A stretch of 64,000 nucleotides of DNA from Phoronis australis (lineage: Eukaryota; Animalia; Phoronida): NCBI GenBank assembly GCA_002633005.1, contig NMRA01000780.1, forward strand, positions 87,209-151,208, given 5' to 3'. The notes beneath the pieces are model-generated. The model had not been told where the DNA came from and ran no database searches. It saw only the letters and a list, made by a program, of their open reading frames with translations. The position numbers were made by a program, and so were the translations under genes. How positions within the stretch are numbered: the stretch's first letter is position 1; each line of letters opens with the position of its first letter. Shown here piece by piece: positions 11,786 to 26,093 of this stretch.

Positions 11786-13716
11786 AGATCGCAGGCTCCT
11801 CGTGGCCATTCACGTCTACATGGACAACAAAACTGTCAAATTTGTATGTCGATGTTTTTGTACAGTGTGTTATTGATCTGAAATGAGCAAGTAAAACACG
11901 TGTTGGCGAGCGTCGTTACGTGGTGAATGTCAATAGGTGGCGTCATATTTTAGATTTTCCGTTACTACTGTAGTTCATGAATTTTAGGCTGAGGAGACCT
12001 ATAAATACTAGTCAGTGAAGCAGAAACTACTCTGCTGCCTCTAGTTTAGAAACCTATAAATGTGATTGTATTTTTAAGCTGTGAACTCAGTGAACGTAAT
12101 GTTTCAATATGTGTCACTGGTCATGCTCAGGGTGTATCTTCTTGGACTGTTATGATTCACATTGCATTTTGCCTGTTTAGTAGTGACGCCCATCAGGCGA
12201 GGAAACGGGTTGTGACTGATCCCAGCATTGGCAAATGTACAGTTCGTTGAACTCAACACGATGTATATGCTCTCAGCAGCGACTTTTTCACTCATGCAAC
12301 AGAAGTTCGCCCGGGTTTTGAAAAAGATCCGGCCTGTTTATTAAACTTATAATGTCTACTTACATTACATGTAGTTGAATAAACGCTCATGTTATGTCAA
12401 CTCTATGGAGCACATAACTTTCAAATACGTTGAGTTTTATTTGCTGCCTTTACGGCAGTGAACATTAAATGAAAACTGAAATCCGTTCACAAATCCTACC
12501 ATGAATTTGACCGAGATTACTGCACATAGCAACACAAGTGCTGTTGATGAAAACGAAGCAGCAGAGTGAAACAGGAAACAATTTTGACAACTTACGGGAG
12601 GGCATTTTTAAAACATGCGAAACACAACTTTGTTTTGAAATCGCTTTATTAGCTTTATTGTCAACATAATGTTGGGATAGAAAAACAATTAGTAATTCGT
12701 GCGACGACACAAACTTTATGGTACCATAAACGTTGTGAAAGTGTTCTAATCTCTTAACATATCTTCAACTCAGGCCCGTAGGAAGGTAAAAATTATTGGG
12801 GGGGCACCGATCCTGGTCGATACGTAACTTCTAATTTCGAAACCACTGCGTTGCACTGGGGTGTTTATATAGGTACGTTTTGAATTATATGAAAAAATCT
12901 GTCTACTAATAATAAGGTGTGTAACAGATGCAGTACTTTTAGAGTTATTTTTTGTTAAGATTGACTGGAAATTTTTGGAGCAACATACATGCCGCTCATA
13001 CGATTACTCTTGCTGAACAGTAAGAATGATGTGTGAAATAATTATAAATGTTTTTATTTACTCTTCAACATCAATCAGTGGACGTTGCCCTGCTGCACAC
13101 ACTATAAGTTGATGAGACATTTGTATCAGTCGTGCCCCGTAGATTTTTAGATCTTCGGGTTGTCCTTACTGGCTCAGACGGTGGATGAAGACACATGCTT
13201 AAAGACGCAGTATCGAGTCTGCAGTAGCGGTGGGACGGTACAGTATGTAATGTTAGTTAACTACATTTAGCCAGAGTTCAAATTTGGTTCAGAAAACAAT
13301 GCGCCCAGGACTGCAAAGCGCGTATTCCTAATGCGGAGACCGGAATCAACGGAAAACGAAGAATTCTGCGATTTCAAAGTTCGACTACTTTAGCATTTAA
13401 AAACAATATCACATAAAGATATAGCTAATCTTTGTAAGTGTAGTTACTGGAAAACTTCGTTTTACTAGTTACTAACCACTCTGAAGAAATTCTCTTATTT
13501 GTGTCTCGCGTGTACTATGGAATCAGTGCACGTCACAGCCAATTCGAGATGAAAAACGTACTCAGTGGTACATAAACGAACTTTCATAAAATAGTTCTCT
13601 TATTTCCACCACGTTGCTCTAACTGCAGTCATTGATATATAGAGGAACTGGTGTCAGAGAAGTTACATCGAAATAGTTGAAGGAATTTTTTCACATTACG
13701 ATGATCCCAAGCGGTA

Positions 13717-13799
13717 TCATGGTTCCTCGACCTTTGATCTTGACGGCTGCAAACGCCACGGTGCATTGGCAAACTCGTCTTCGTCGATTTCACCGTTGT
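13717..13799 (-). CDS. Secreted EF-hand protein, terminal coding exon (171 aa total)
   Basis: Acceptor AATTGCAG; splicing completes the second EF loop DKDDNGEIDEDE, followed by FANAPWRLQPSRSKVEEP-stop. Confidence 0.85.
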
Positions 13800-14332
13800 C
13801 TGCAATTTAAATAATAGATGTTGGACCTTTGTTATCCCTAGTAGAAACCTCGAATCGGTGCTAAGAAAACAATGTAAATTTGTTATCTGCAGTTAAAGTA
13901 GAAAGCTGTTCGACTGAATGTTCAGCACCAGCAGCAACAGTAGCAGCCAGCGGCACTACAGTAACGGCAGCCGCAGCAACAATCCAATTAAAACCAATCA
14001 CACGATTTGCAAACTGGGGCAATGATAAAACTTTTCCTACCGGTGCATGTTATCCCATGAGCCTCTAATGTTGGCCTAAATGCTCAGCCATGTATGAACA
14101 TAAAGACCAAGAGTCTTAATTCTGCTGGAAACTGAATTCCGCCATAAGAAGCTGTTTAGTCATTTGCAATAGCTGACACACAACTGGGAGAATTTTACTA
14201 GCCAACCAACGGTGACGTGTTCCCCAAAGGCACCGACGGAGAAATAAGTGGACTCTCAATCTAACATTGGGTCCCATGCAAGCAGTTGTCATGAAGAAAC
14301 ATTGTAGATATAACACAATACAATTCACTCAC

Positions 14333-14765
14333 CATCCTTGTCTGTAGCTTCAAACGCTTCCTCCAGATTTTCAGACGTTCCCGACACTTGTTTCAGTTCC
14401 TCAATGGTTATGCCCCCATTTTTGTTTACGTCATAATTTTCAAATTTAATCGGCATAGGCACGGGATCAAATTCTTCCAAAACATACTTTTTAAGGTCAA
14501 GATTCAAGTCGCTGATTTCCCCTTTAGTCAGGACTTCCGGTAAGTCAGACTTCTCTCCTTCCGGTTGCACGTCATTGTCCGTTTCTTCCTCAAGAGTTTC
14601 CTCCGGCGGGTTGGCCATTTCCGTTTCTATATGTTCGACGGCCATTTTTGTGCTTTTTTCGTCCAATATTTGCGCCATATCTGCGGGAAGTGCTTTGCCA
14701 CTTGCGTGTTGTACTCCAAAGAGAGCAAGCACCGCCAACAGATGGCACCATGACCGCGGGGCCAT
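14333..14765 (-). CDS. Secreted acidic EF-hand protein, coding exon 1
   Basis: Signal-peptide-like MAPRSWCHLLAVLALFGVQHASG, a Glu/Asp-rich linker and EF loop DVNKNGGITIEE; donor G|GTGAGT, phase 1. Confidence 0.85.
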
Positions 14766-17700
14766 TGTGCAGACTGTAGAACAAGATTCTGTACTCTTTC
14801 TTCCTCCTGAAACAAAAACATAATGATTACTCTGTATCAGTGAACCGGATTTTCAGAGCCTGATATGAGGCGCTGTATCTGTACACCTGTATACATCGCG
14901 CGAAATCCACTTGTTTTGATCTCCTGACGGCAGCCATATTAGGAAAAGAGGATCATTTAAAAGACATGCTTCGACTGCAAACTTCCTAGAACTTTGTGAA
15001 TAACGTTGTTCATCCGCGTATATTAAGAAAGCTAAGGAAAAATATATTTGGAGTTATTCTACTGTTTGTTAATTATAAAACATCCAATACAAGTGTAAGA
15101 GGGTCACACCAGGATAATCACCCCTTATGTACCATGTAAGATTTGCACCAGTATTGCATTTGAAGCAATCTGCGATGGTTTCGGAAATTTCACTGGAGTA
15201 AAACAGCGCCAGCAGTATGCAGATGTTCTGGAACAACCAGGTATTGTTCCACCAGCTTCCTAAAGGCGGCTTCACCTCAGCAGTATGCACCGGAAAACAA
15301 CATGAGGACTTAGGCGAAATTTGATACATCAGTGCCTGACATGAAATGATAGCACTTAAGAGACATAACATCAGAAACACAATCAAAACAAAATGTTCAT
15401 TTTTGAACAATGCATGTTACAAAAATCTGTTTATAACAAGAATCGTTTTCGCTGTGTTGATCAAACTACGCCAAAAATAACATCGTCCTTAATAGTTTGA
15501 AAATTGGGAGATCCAACATATAATCACTCATTTGAAATTACAACTGTACAGTGTTGCAGAATTTCTTGTAGTACATGTACATGTAAGCTCGACCAATTTA
15601 ATTAGATGTGGAATGTTCATGGATACTGCTTCAGAGAGTTTTTTTTTCGTATGCGTCAAAGTTTTGAATTACTAACATTTGCTTTTAAGCAAGTTAAAAC
15701 TTTCAGCTATAAACGTCCAATTTGTCAGAACATGACATTTTCATTTAGCGTTTTCTCATCCATTCCTGGAAGCTACAAAGCCATTGATTTAACCGTATAG
15801 CCTGCGAACTTGACAAAGCCACTTGAAACAAGCTGTGGCCGGGATTTGGCGCATTATAAAAACGATTTCATCGTCGAGAAATTTACGTTCCAGGTCTACA
15901 TCAATTAACTAATTGTGGTACACTCCATTGACCGAGCGCTATCCCTACGTGCACGTATCCACCGCGTGCTCCTACAACCTTTGGCAATACGGACAACACG
16001 TTTGAAAAAACGTCACAACCTGGAGTCACCAAGTGGAGAGAACGGCTCCACCGCGAGTCGGATCACCTAGAACTTTCAAACAACATGTCGTGGAAATCGA
16101 CATTTCGTGAGTCCATCAAGAAACAGTTCGGCAAAGAACCGAAATTGAAAAAGTTTTGAAAGTTAAACGGATACCAAACCCGATTTTGGCCTGTAAACGA
16201 CGTTACCAACCAAATCCTTGAAACAAAATAATGCTCTGCAACCCTCGACAACCCTCAAATGTTTGCAGGAAAATTTGAAAACTCCTTTCAATAACTGCTA
16301 TACGGGCAACAAAAACCTCGAAAATGTCACTTATTGCATAAATTTACGAGTACTGGTCACGTGGCGCACTATATAACATCATGCTTTTCTTCGTCTGAAA
16401 TTACATAAAAACTGAGTGAGGTAAGAAACGCTACTGTGCTGGCTTAGCTTGCGCGCCACCTATTATTGTCGGCTGCGTCTAATGCAGTTAGCAGCGTCAA
16501 GTGAGACACAGAAAGGAATCCCGAAGACCCTGCAACTTACAAACAAGTTCGTATTTTCAGATGAGCGTTGAAGTTGGATAACACTTCACTAGTCCGCAAA
16601 ACCTTAATTTTGTATTGGTCAGGTGGCTATAGTCTATGCTGTGACGAAGAACGATTTTTGCGCATGTTCAGGAAGGAGTCCATGAAAAAAGACCAATCCC
16701 TCACCCAATAAAATCGTACGTCACACGAATGACTCACAAGTATAAAAAGTTGACATGTGGACTGGAAATTACACCATTTTTGTGCGTGTCATACATACGT
16801 TGTGCAACACAACACCCGATAATACATTCCTTCCACTGTTAGAGCTGGTTAAAACTAAAATCAAATTAGGCCTTACACTAGTAAAATTGGTCTCATAATA
16901 TTCCTTACTGCGTTAGGTTTCTATTTCCGTTGTCGACAAGCGACCAAGTAAATCTGTCAAAGTTTATTGTTATTGACCAACTCTGCTATTGCGAATTCGA
17001 AAATTCGGCATGTTGTTATTATCGGTGACTTGAGTATTGAGTTTCTACTCATTCAGTACTCAGATATATAGTCTATCTGAGTTCAGTAGCAATTCACGAT
17101 CAGATGAGCGTGGTAACCTTTTAAAACTCTTAAGTCCTTCGTTTGAGAAGTCATCATTGCGGCGACGTGAAACTTTGATTTATAAGATCGTACAGCGTAC
17201 CTTATGAGCTGAAAATGAGAAACTAACAGTTTTTCAACAGGCTAAACTCTCGATTGGTATACCATCTGTTCCCAACGCCCGCTTCATGTGGCCGGTTTCA
17301 CATGTCCATGTACACAACTGCATGGTTGTATGCATTTTATTTACAGCGTACACATGTGTAACTGGCGACGATAGAATGCGATTCCGTGACCTACATGTAC
17401 ACGCAGCGGAAATATTTACCTGATGAGTGGCATAAAAAGCAACGTCATAAAAATGAAGTTCTAGATTTTGTGTACAGGGATTGCTTGTTGCGTTGGCATA
17501 TTGGCTAATCATGTTAATTAAAAATAAGGGGGTTTAACATTTATGTTGTCGACGTGTAACGGAGGTAAGCGAAAATCAACAAAGTGAAAACGAAAAAATA
17601 ACACATTACTTTACGACTGAGTCAACATCAACAGTACAATACATTGCGATTTAAATGAAACACAGTGTTTTATGTAAACAGTTCCAAAGAAGCCATGTTG

Positions 17701-20700
17701 TAATTAGTCCTACGGTCAATGCACGATTTCAATCAAATGCCGGTAATTAAACACCTTAAATCGTTTCGCTTGATGCCTTGGCGCAGTTGGCTGCAGTCAT
17801 ATATCGGGAATGTCAATAATTAAAGCCCCACGCTTGACCAATTTATTATTCCTAACAAGTAAAATAAAACCACGATTGTTTCGACGAACTATAGCTACAC
17901 AAAAACAACCAGACTCGGTCAATCGGGCAAAATAATAATGCTTAACCGGTGGAATAAAAAGGAAGCTTTCGTTAAATATACAGTGTAGATGTATTTCCGA
18001 CAAAAACAGCCGGGCTTGAAAGATCAGTGAAACTATAACTGTCATGATTGCTTGTTCTTCGAATACCATCTTAAGTACCCGCAAAGATCACACAGATGCG
18101 TAAACTCCAGACAGGTTTAACCGAGAAACGCTTGTTTTGGGATTATGTTGAAAGAGATATGTTCGTGAACAAAATTGACACACTGAAAAAATAAATGAAT
18201 TATGACGACACCAAAGCAAAAAATGTCTAGTTCCTAATTCGTCAGTGAACTTTTTACCTTTGAAATAGTCCATAGTAACATGCTTTGTTTCTCTGATGAC
18301 GTACAATCACGAGTTCACATTTTACGTAATTGCCATCATGAATTTGAACGAAAACCCCCTGTTCATGCAAAATTAAAACGGCATTCATTTGAAACCCATC
18401 CTTTCTGCCAAAAGCATCACAATATGCTGATTTAAGCTATTACATGTATACTAACCGTTACAAAAATGGTTCCGTCTTTTTCCGTGCTCAGTAAGACCAG
18501 GCGTAATAAGTTTCAGGTCACCGAGAGAACGTTTCAGCCCAGTCTTATGTAACTTCAAGTCTCGCATCCGAAACTAATTCCTAGTTCCCAGACACATTTA
18601 TGCCTCCCAAACGGCAGTCTAAGGCAGAAGTAAAAATTGTTAAAATAATTCTGCTAGACAAATCCAACGAGTCAGTATCTCAATTGTCGAGGTTTGCCTC
18701 AGTGCCAGTCCTCATCTTGTCAGCTGTTTGGAATATTAAGCATGACAACACTGTGTGAGAAATCAAATCAAAATCAAATCTCTGTATTTATAGTCAGTTT
18801 GACAAATAGACAAACACTAGCCAAGGGCTAGTATCACCGACTGTATATGTAAATACAAGGATATATGACGAAAACAGTTGATTTCCCTTTCAGAGATCTA
18901 CTGACAAATATACATACTGTGGTTCGTTTCGTCCGCGCGTATAGAGACAAGCACAGCGTCGTCCAATATAATCCCATCTTGCAGGAAATTAGTATATGAT
19001 TATATTCCAGAGATCTCTTGGTGTGTGTTTGTTTACATAAAGTGCACTAGCCGCGATAAATAATTTGAGCTAAATGTTTGGGCTTGTCAAAAGTATTGGT
19101 TTAACATTGCAGCAGTCAACAGCAGAGACAGTTCTTGGTTATATTTTTTCTCCAACTTTTCAGGGTCGCTGGTATATGTATGGTTTTCCAGTCGCGTCAA
19201 GTCCATATCCATTATTATTTCAGCTGCATTTTGTTTAAAAGATTATCTTTAAGTTATTCTTTAAAAATTCTCTTGTTAGCTCGGCGTTGCAAAGAATTTG
19301 AGTCTACATTTAATACTTCATAAGCGAATTTAGTAAGGAACAGAACTCCCGCCATCACTTCCCGAGCATGACCAAAATAACCAAAAAAAGAAAGTGACGC
19401 GGACATGCCGTCGCTAATGTTTGTCCTTAGGAAATTGTGGTTTTAAGCGCGCGATGCCACTCCCGCCTCGTTCGGCACCACTGCAGACGATTTGCAGTCG
19501 TACTCAATACAAAAATCGGAACAGACCAGAGTTCAGAAGCTGCCTGACGAATATAGAACAGTTTAGCCAAAATCACGTGATCACATTTAAAATACAAGGC
19601 ACCGTATCGCGTAATCTCGCGAAGAGTTGCTTTTTAGCGTGGTCCGTAGAGGCACAAGTCAGTGCGTGCTGAGTGTTGTTGTTTTTAGCATCTGTTACTG
19701 TGAATACAAATTAGAAAACCTAGGTAGAGTTCAACAACCGATGACTTTCGACAAGACACGATTCGAAAATACTCGAGGGACTCAACCACTCAATGAAGTG
19801 CATCGCATTAGGATAGGCGTGGTAAAAGCAAAAGTTACTGTTTGAATAGTTTGAATTCCTTGTAGACATCATGAATAAAATGACAGCCTTGAAATAAAAG
19901 GTTTCTAACTGTTCTTAATTAAACTCACGTCGTGCCATTGAACTGGAAACGTTACGGGAAAACATTCATGCCGAGCCGGTAATGCTGTTCGCGAACGATG
20001 CCACTACAAGTCAGATACGAATTGATGAGTTTGGGTGCGCCCTAATCCACATACACTGTATGCTGCCCACCCAAGCTTGTTTCCGATTTATGCCTTTTCG
20101 ACGACCCCGAGTACTGAAAATTCATGAAAAGATAAATAAAATCCCAACAGAATTGATTAGCCGGGTTTGCTAAACCAAATTCTAATTGGAAATACGGCGT
20201 AGGCAAGCTGTGTAAATATCACAACTGCCCAGCAGAAAAGTTTTGTGTCAAATTATGTTGAAAGTCACATTTTTACAGTGGCACTTAAAGGGATCGATAC
20301 AATGGCCGAGATATGTGATTTCCTGAGCCCAACCTCAGCGCGGAACAGAACCCACAACCGCGGTAGCTGTCTAACTCTCTGCTGGTGTAAGCTAAATCCC
20401 TTCAGATTGCATTAGTCTCAACTTGTTCCCTATTCAGATGCCGAAGTGATTTCTGTCCTTGCAAAGAACTCGGTTGTTTCCAGAGCCCATGCTCGTCTAT
20501 AACAGGACACACGCGCATTGACAGGTCAACTTGCAGAGTATATTCTCAACCAATATCAGTATCTTTGGCAATACTCTAGTCAGCTCTACCAAATCCAGAG
20601 CAAACGTGTAAGCACATATTTTGACAAAGGAACCTATCATTTGAGAGCAATTTCGTAACGGCAAGCGGACGAGACATAAATTGTTTTTTGAAACGGAATT

Positions 20701-21736
20701 CAACCGGTGAAATGTATGAACTTGATATCACCATCTGTTTAGAAAACCCTGGCAAAGGCGAGAACTGGCAATCTGTAACAAAATCACGAATGTACGGCGA
20801 ATTTTGTTGCTTTATGGATCTGGTCAAAGCTAATAACTTCAACTGAGAAGTGTGTTCCATTCAACAATAGTAAAAAAATGCGTTTATCTTTTCCGGTTGC
20901 AAACAGACAATGTCCCTCTGTGACGAGACAGAGAGTATAATATTAGTCAAATAAACAACGAGAAACAAATCGAATACTTTACCTGTTTCTATTTTCGGTG
21001 TTCTGAGCTCAAGCACACTAATTTCTCACCTAATCCTTGGATCAGTTCAAGTGATCTGAGTCGAAAAAAATACACAACTCATTATTTAAGAACAAAATTT
21101 CCGGACTGTCGCAAGCGTAGAGGTCGACTTTAACATTCAAAGCAACGTGCACTGGCAGGGTGCGGGGAGTCAACAGATTTCTGAAGGACAGTAGTCGCGG
21201 CATTCTCATATACTGTACCAACAGTCGCGGTTTTACTTGGCCCGTAAAACTTTGAGAAAATAAGTTAGGTCTACTTTACGAGTGCCCTGGGTCTGTTTCA
21301 TGAAAAGTCAAAACTTCTGCCTTACGCTTTACACAATTCTTCAAGAAGTAAAAAAAATATTACTTGTGCAAAATTCCGGTCCCTGAGAACATGCACCCAA
21401 TATTGTTACTTGCTGAGATATTTCTAGAGTGTGATGCACTGGTACTTACCAGGTTAAACCTTTTTACCAATTGTGAAGTGCTAGCGTTACTCCACGTTCA
21501 TATCACAGACCACTGGTGACGATAATAGGTGCATAGAGCGGTAAGTGCGTCTCATAATTACATGCACTTTTACTACTGAGGACATTACATGTGTTCTTGT
21601 AAAGCCCTCGCGACTTTATGAATTCCCCTTAAGTGGGTTTCACGGTGGGGATGTTAGATAATGCTGTTATGTTGAGTAAATACTCGTGAATTTTGTTCTC
21701 ACTGGACTTCGAGAGGGAACTTTACCAGCACTTTAA

Positions 21737-22262
21737 GGTTAGGTACGACCGTATCGACATGCTTGTCCAGTTAGTAAATATCTGCAAAACATTAACTGTA
21801 TAAAAGTACACATTTTCTGAAAGTAGATTTTGATTTTCAACTTTACACCAGCAGCTTGCCATTAACTGGATCACATGACCACGCGTTTTTAGTAAATTTT
21901 AGCAACAAGCTTGCATTCATTTCATATCAAAACAACGACGCCAGTGCCATGGTTGGATTTCATTTGATGTAAATGCCTAAAATGAAATTCTGATAACGGC
22001 TGCTGCACAAGCAGTTTTCTAAAATATAATGTCGTTTTAGTTCTATGCATCTTGAACTTTTAATAAAAAATCGCAAACGTCGACATAACTGCTATGTTCA
22101 TGGCTTCTCAGGCAAAAATGGAACTCTTTTTGAGCAGGCCTATGATTTGAATAAAAGTGCATGCTGAGTGAAGGTTTCATGTGAATCTGAACTACCATTT
22201 CTGACGTATGACTGTTCCGAGGTTAGCCAAATTTTCCCATTTTGCTGATGACCCAACTTACC
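21737..22262. mobile_element. Possible TTAA-flanked non-autonomous element (Kolobok-like ends)
   Basis: TTAA|GGTTAGGT ... ACTTACC|TTAA, imperfect short TIRs. Confidence 0.4.
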
Positions 22263-25200
22263 TTAATAGCCGAGTCGTGAAAGGCAGGCCATCGAAATCA
22301 ATCACTTCACTAAAATAAAAACTCGACGCGACTGTCAATTGTGAAGGTTGACAGGCAGACAACCCGTAAGGCTAATGCCCTGAAGCTACACGCGTTGCAA
22401 AGTAAGGTTTGAAAAAACACCCGTTATACTATACATTCCATGATTAAATTTGAAGGCAATCAAAAGATTAACTTTCTGTCGGGATGAGTCACGTGCGTGG
22501 CAGGTCAGGACTTCGAGGTTACCGGAACGTCAAACGCAGACACCGAAAGAAACTGAGCTTCGAATTTGAAATTTCTAAATCCAGATGTATAAATCATAAT
22601 TTCCGGTTACAAAGTCGGTGTATGATACAGGTAACTCAAATACTGACTGGCCAATTCGTGGTTAACTGGTGACAAATCTTTTCAGATGTTCGCATCATAA
22701 CTTTGTCAGGAGACAGGTGTTAATTGTTTGATGATAGTTGGAACTAAAGATCAGCTTTGTTAGAATGTTATAAACATGATATATTCATTGATAATACCGT
22801 GTCTGCTTTCAAATATAACTCACGAATTGAAAGATAACGAAACAAATTCTCACTTTAAATGTAACAATATGTGATAGTTGACACTCCAATAAATGAGATG
22901 CCGGCATAAATTAACTATACATTGCTCGTATATTATTTGTCGCATATGCCCAATTTGAACCAAATACATAACTTTTACATCGAAAGTCATTTTTATCCTA
23001 TTCTAAGGTGGCAATTTTGATATCTTTTTCCATTTTATTAGTAGATTTGAACAATGTATTAACCTATGGGGACTGGGGTGGATACAGAATGAAGTTCAGT
23101 GTTCGATGCTCCAATCATGAGAATTTTGCTGACATTTGTTTGGATAACATTAGATGGTCGACGTGTAGGTTGTACAATTAAGCAGCTATTTCCCTCAACA
23201 GTTGTGGGAAAGGGCAATGTTTTGTCTTTTTATCAGATAAATGGGTGCACGTGAATTGCGCTACAAACAACTAGTAGAAATTCTGGCGTGGCGACGGAGT
23301 CGGACCGGGGACACGATGTGGCCTCATATAGCTAACCTCGGTCTCGCAGCGTATAGTTACTTTTAGTTGGACACGCTTTTGATTGAGATGAGAGCCTATT
23401 CTGAATTATCAGTTGTAAGAACACTTCGACAGGGAATTTACCAGAATTACATTTTGACGGCAGCGGTCACCGCGTTTAGGAACAAATGTCATGCGACTCT
23501 CTGGCTTATCACACAAAGTGAAAAATGAAACAACAAACCTCTTGTACAAACCCACGTTATAACTTACCTTGATCAGTCCCTAGCAATTACTGAGTTATCC
23601 TTAGATATAAAACCAATTCTGGACTGGTCTAAACGTTAAGTGAAGACACCAGTCGACTGCGGCCTCTCAAAGCCTCTTAACGTCTGAACAACTCGCTCAA
23701 ATAGGTTTAATGAGGGTAAGCTTCACAATGTATCTGCTCACCTCTGAAGGGTAGAAGGGCGTGCCAGAGGCAAGCATTCAAATAGTAGTCTTGAGTCTGC
23801 TTAAATTTCTTAAAGTACCACAAAATAACAAAGGGGTCCTGCGTCGCACCGCAATCTCAAGGATGTACAACAACAGATGTTAGGCCTATTCCCTAGTTCG
23901 CTTTGTGGAGGCAAAATAGGTGAACGTACATTACATGTGTTCAGGCATGTATACTTCAGTCCAGGACAGGAGAATAAGCTGTTTCTATTTATTTTGGTAT
24001 AATTGGTTTGATAAACATGTTCCTTGTGCGTGTTTAAAACTTACTTTACACGGATTTTGATGGACCGACCGATTCCAAAACCGTTAAAATTCTTCATCAA
24101 CACCTTGTTATAAGCTTGAGCCATATTTTATAACAAAATATGGCCACTTAAAATGTAACATTATACCACAACGGCGTGAACATCTCCCTCACTTTGATGC
24201 GTCATTGGAGTGAATTGAAGGCAGTTGTGTGTTTATACACTAAAATATTCATGAATTAAAATGGATAAATCTACATTTTACACTGTTCGTTTTTATCAAT
24301 CAAAGACATCAAAATACTCACAGTTAATGTCAGGGTACACAAGCTTTCACGATCAGCAGTTTCAGCAGCAGAATGATGTTCCGCTAATCGGCGTTGGTGG
24401 AGTAATAAAACAGTCGTGGCGGAAATTCCTCGACATGCATTTCTAATTACCGCTCTAACAGACGGGTGCAAAGTCGAACAGAATCAGACCAAGCTACATC
24501 GGGTGCACGCTTTCCTTGGTTTGAACCCGAAAGTGGGCTCTATTGCAAGAAATTGGGAACATGTCAATAAAGATTTAAATTCCGAGGGTACTTCCATAGA
24601 GAAGATACATAAGGGGGGTGCCACTCAGGATGGTATTTCACTATCAGATTTTTTTTCGGGAATGTGGTGCATTTTCTCAGCTGAAAACGTTCTCCAACAA
24701 GGTTTAAGTTGGAATTCGCCTCTACAGACGGGTTCCACTGGTCGAGTCACGGTGCCTGGTCAACCGAAACAATCCGTGGCAATCCCGCTATGTACATGTA
24801 CTCATGTCTTTTTTATATTGTTTCATGTCATGGGTTAAAATTCAACTGTTCCTATGAAATGATCAGACCTGGAATGAACCCATTAGTATATAGGGTCGGT
24901 GTTTCTCGAAAAAAACTCCTCTGGACCACTAAACCTCCCGATGGCTTTTCCATAATACTCCCTACACATGGGTCCCCTTAATTTTCAAGTCAACTCTTAA
25001 AATGGCTCAGGCTGCACTCCTCACACCCTGTCAAAATGTGACACGTGCGCTCCCTTCAGGTCAAGTTTCAAACGACTCCAACGACGGTACCCAGAACAAC
25101 GAGGTAATTAAATTGCTAGTATGGGACTCAACCCCTAACCAAAGTATTGAAGTATAACATTCATTCGCACACTAAACACGTGGTCCTGGAGTTAACATGC

Positions 25201-25888
25201 AGGCCTAGATCTCTGCTGGTTACTAGGCCTACACGGGATTAGCAAAAAGCATGAAATTATTTCACAATATCGTTGATCAAAAGCATTGTCAAGTTACCGT
25301 TTATGCTTTTGAGATGTACTTCATTATTGCTGTTTCACTGGACTTCAAAACCTCTTGCCTGGACTTCAACTGAGACCAGCTGGCAGGACTGCAAAACCCC
25401 GGCAATGACCGGTGCTCTAACAATAATTGTGCTTGTTCGAACCTCAAAACGCGATGTCCGGAACCTCAAAACCAGATGGCAGCACCAGCCCTCAAAAATG
25501 TTTGGCCGGACATCAAAACAGGTTGGCCGGTGCTCAAACACAATGGCCGAACAAATCATCGGCCAACTGGTTATATCACAGACCATCGTGTTTTGCATCC
25601 AGCCAATTAGTTTTTTGGGTAAATCAGGCCATCGCATTTTAAAGTCCGGACATCACGTTTGATCACCGCGCAGCCATTTGGTTTTGCAGTCCATGCAGCC
25701 GACTGGTTTTGAAGTCGGGGCAAGTGGCTTAGTCCGACTACTTGCTGATTCTCTCTTTGAATATACAAAACGGTTCTTTTTCGAACTATTTTTGAGCGGA
25801 CTCGCAAAATGCCGCACGGATTCCTCGGCATTTTGTTTCAGTAACTGTTCTTGGTGAACTGTGCTTGCCAGTGCCGGATGGTCTCGCA

Positions 25889-26093
25889 GCCTTATGACTG
25901 ACGTCGCAGGCTTCGATCAGCTCGGCTATGTCCGCCAACGTCCGCCTCAACCGATTTTAACAAATTTGGTGCAGGAGAAAGAGTTCGTCGATTGCTAATT
26001 ACTATTAAGTCAATGACTTTTATTTAAAATCGATCGAGGCGGACGATGACGGAAATGGCCGAGTTTATCAAAGCCTGAGTCAATCACGAGGCT
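25889..26093. mobile_element. MITE-like hairpin with ~70-bp imperfect arms
   Basis: CAGGCTTCGATCAGCTCGGCTATGTCCGCCAACGTCCGCCTCAACCGATTTTAA pairs with TTAAAATCGATCGAGGCGGACGATGACGGAAATGGCCGAGTTTATCAAAGCCTG. Confidence 0.7.

Noticed and set aside
24261-24981. Overlapping 60-140-aa ORFs
   Set aside because: No recognisable domain, non-ATG starts and no coherent splice structure.
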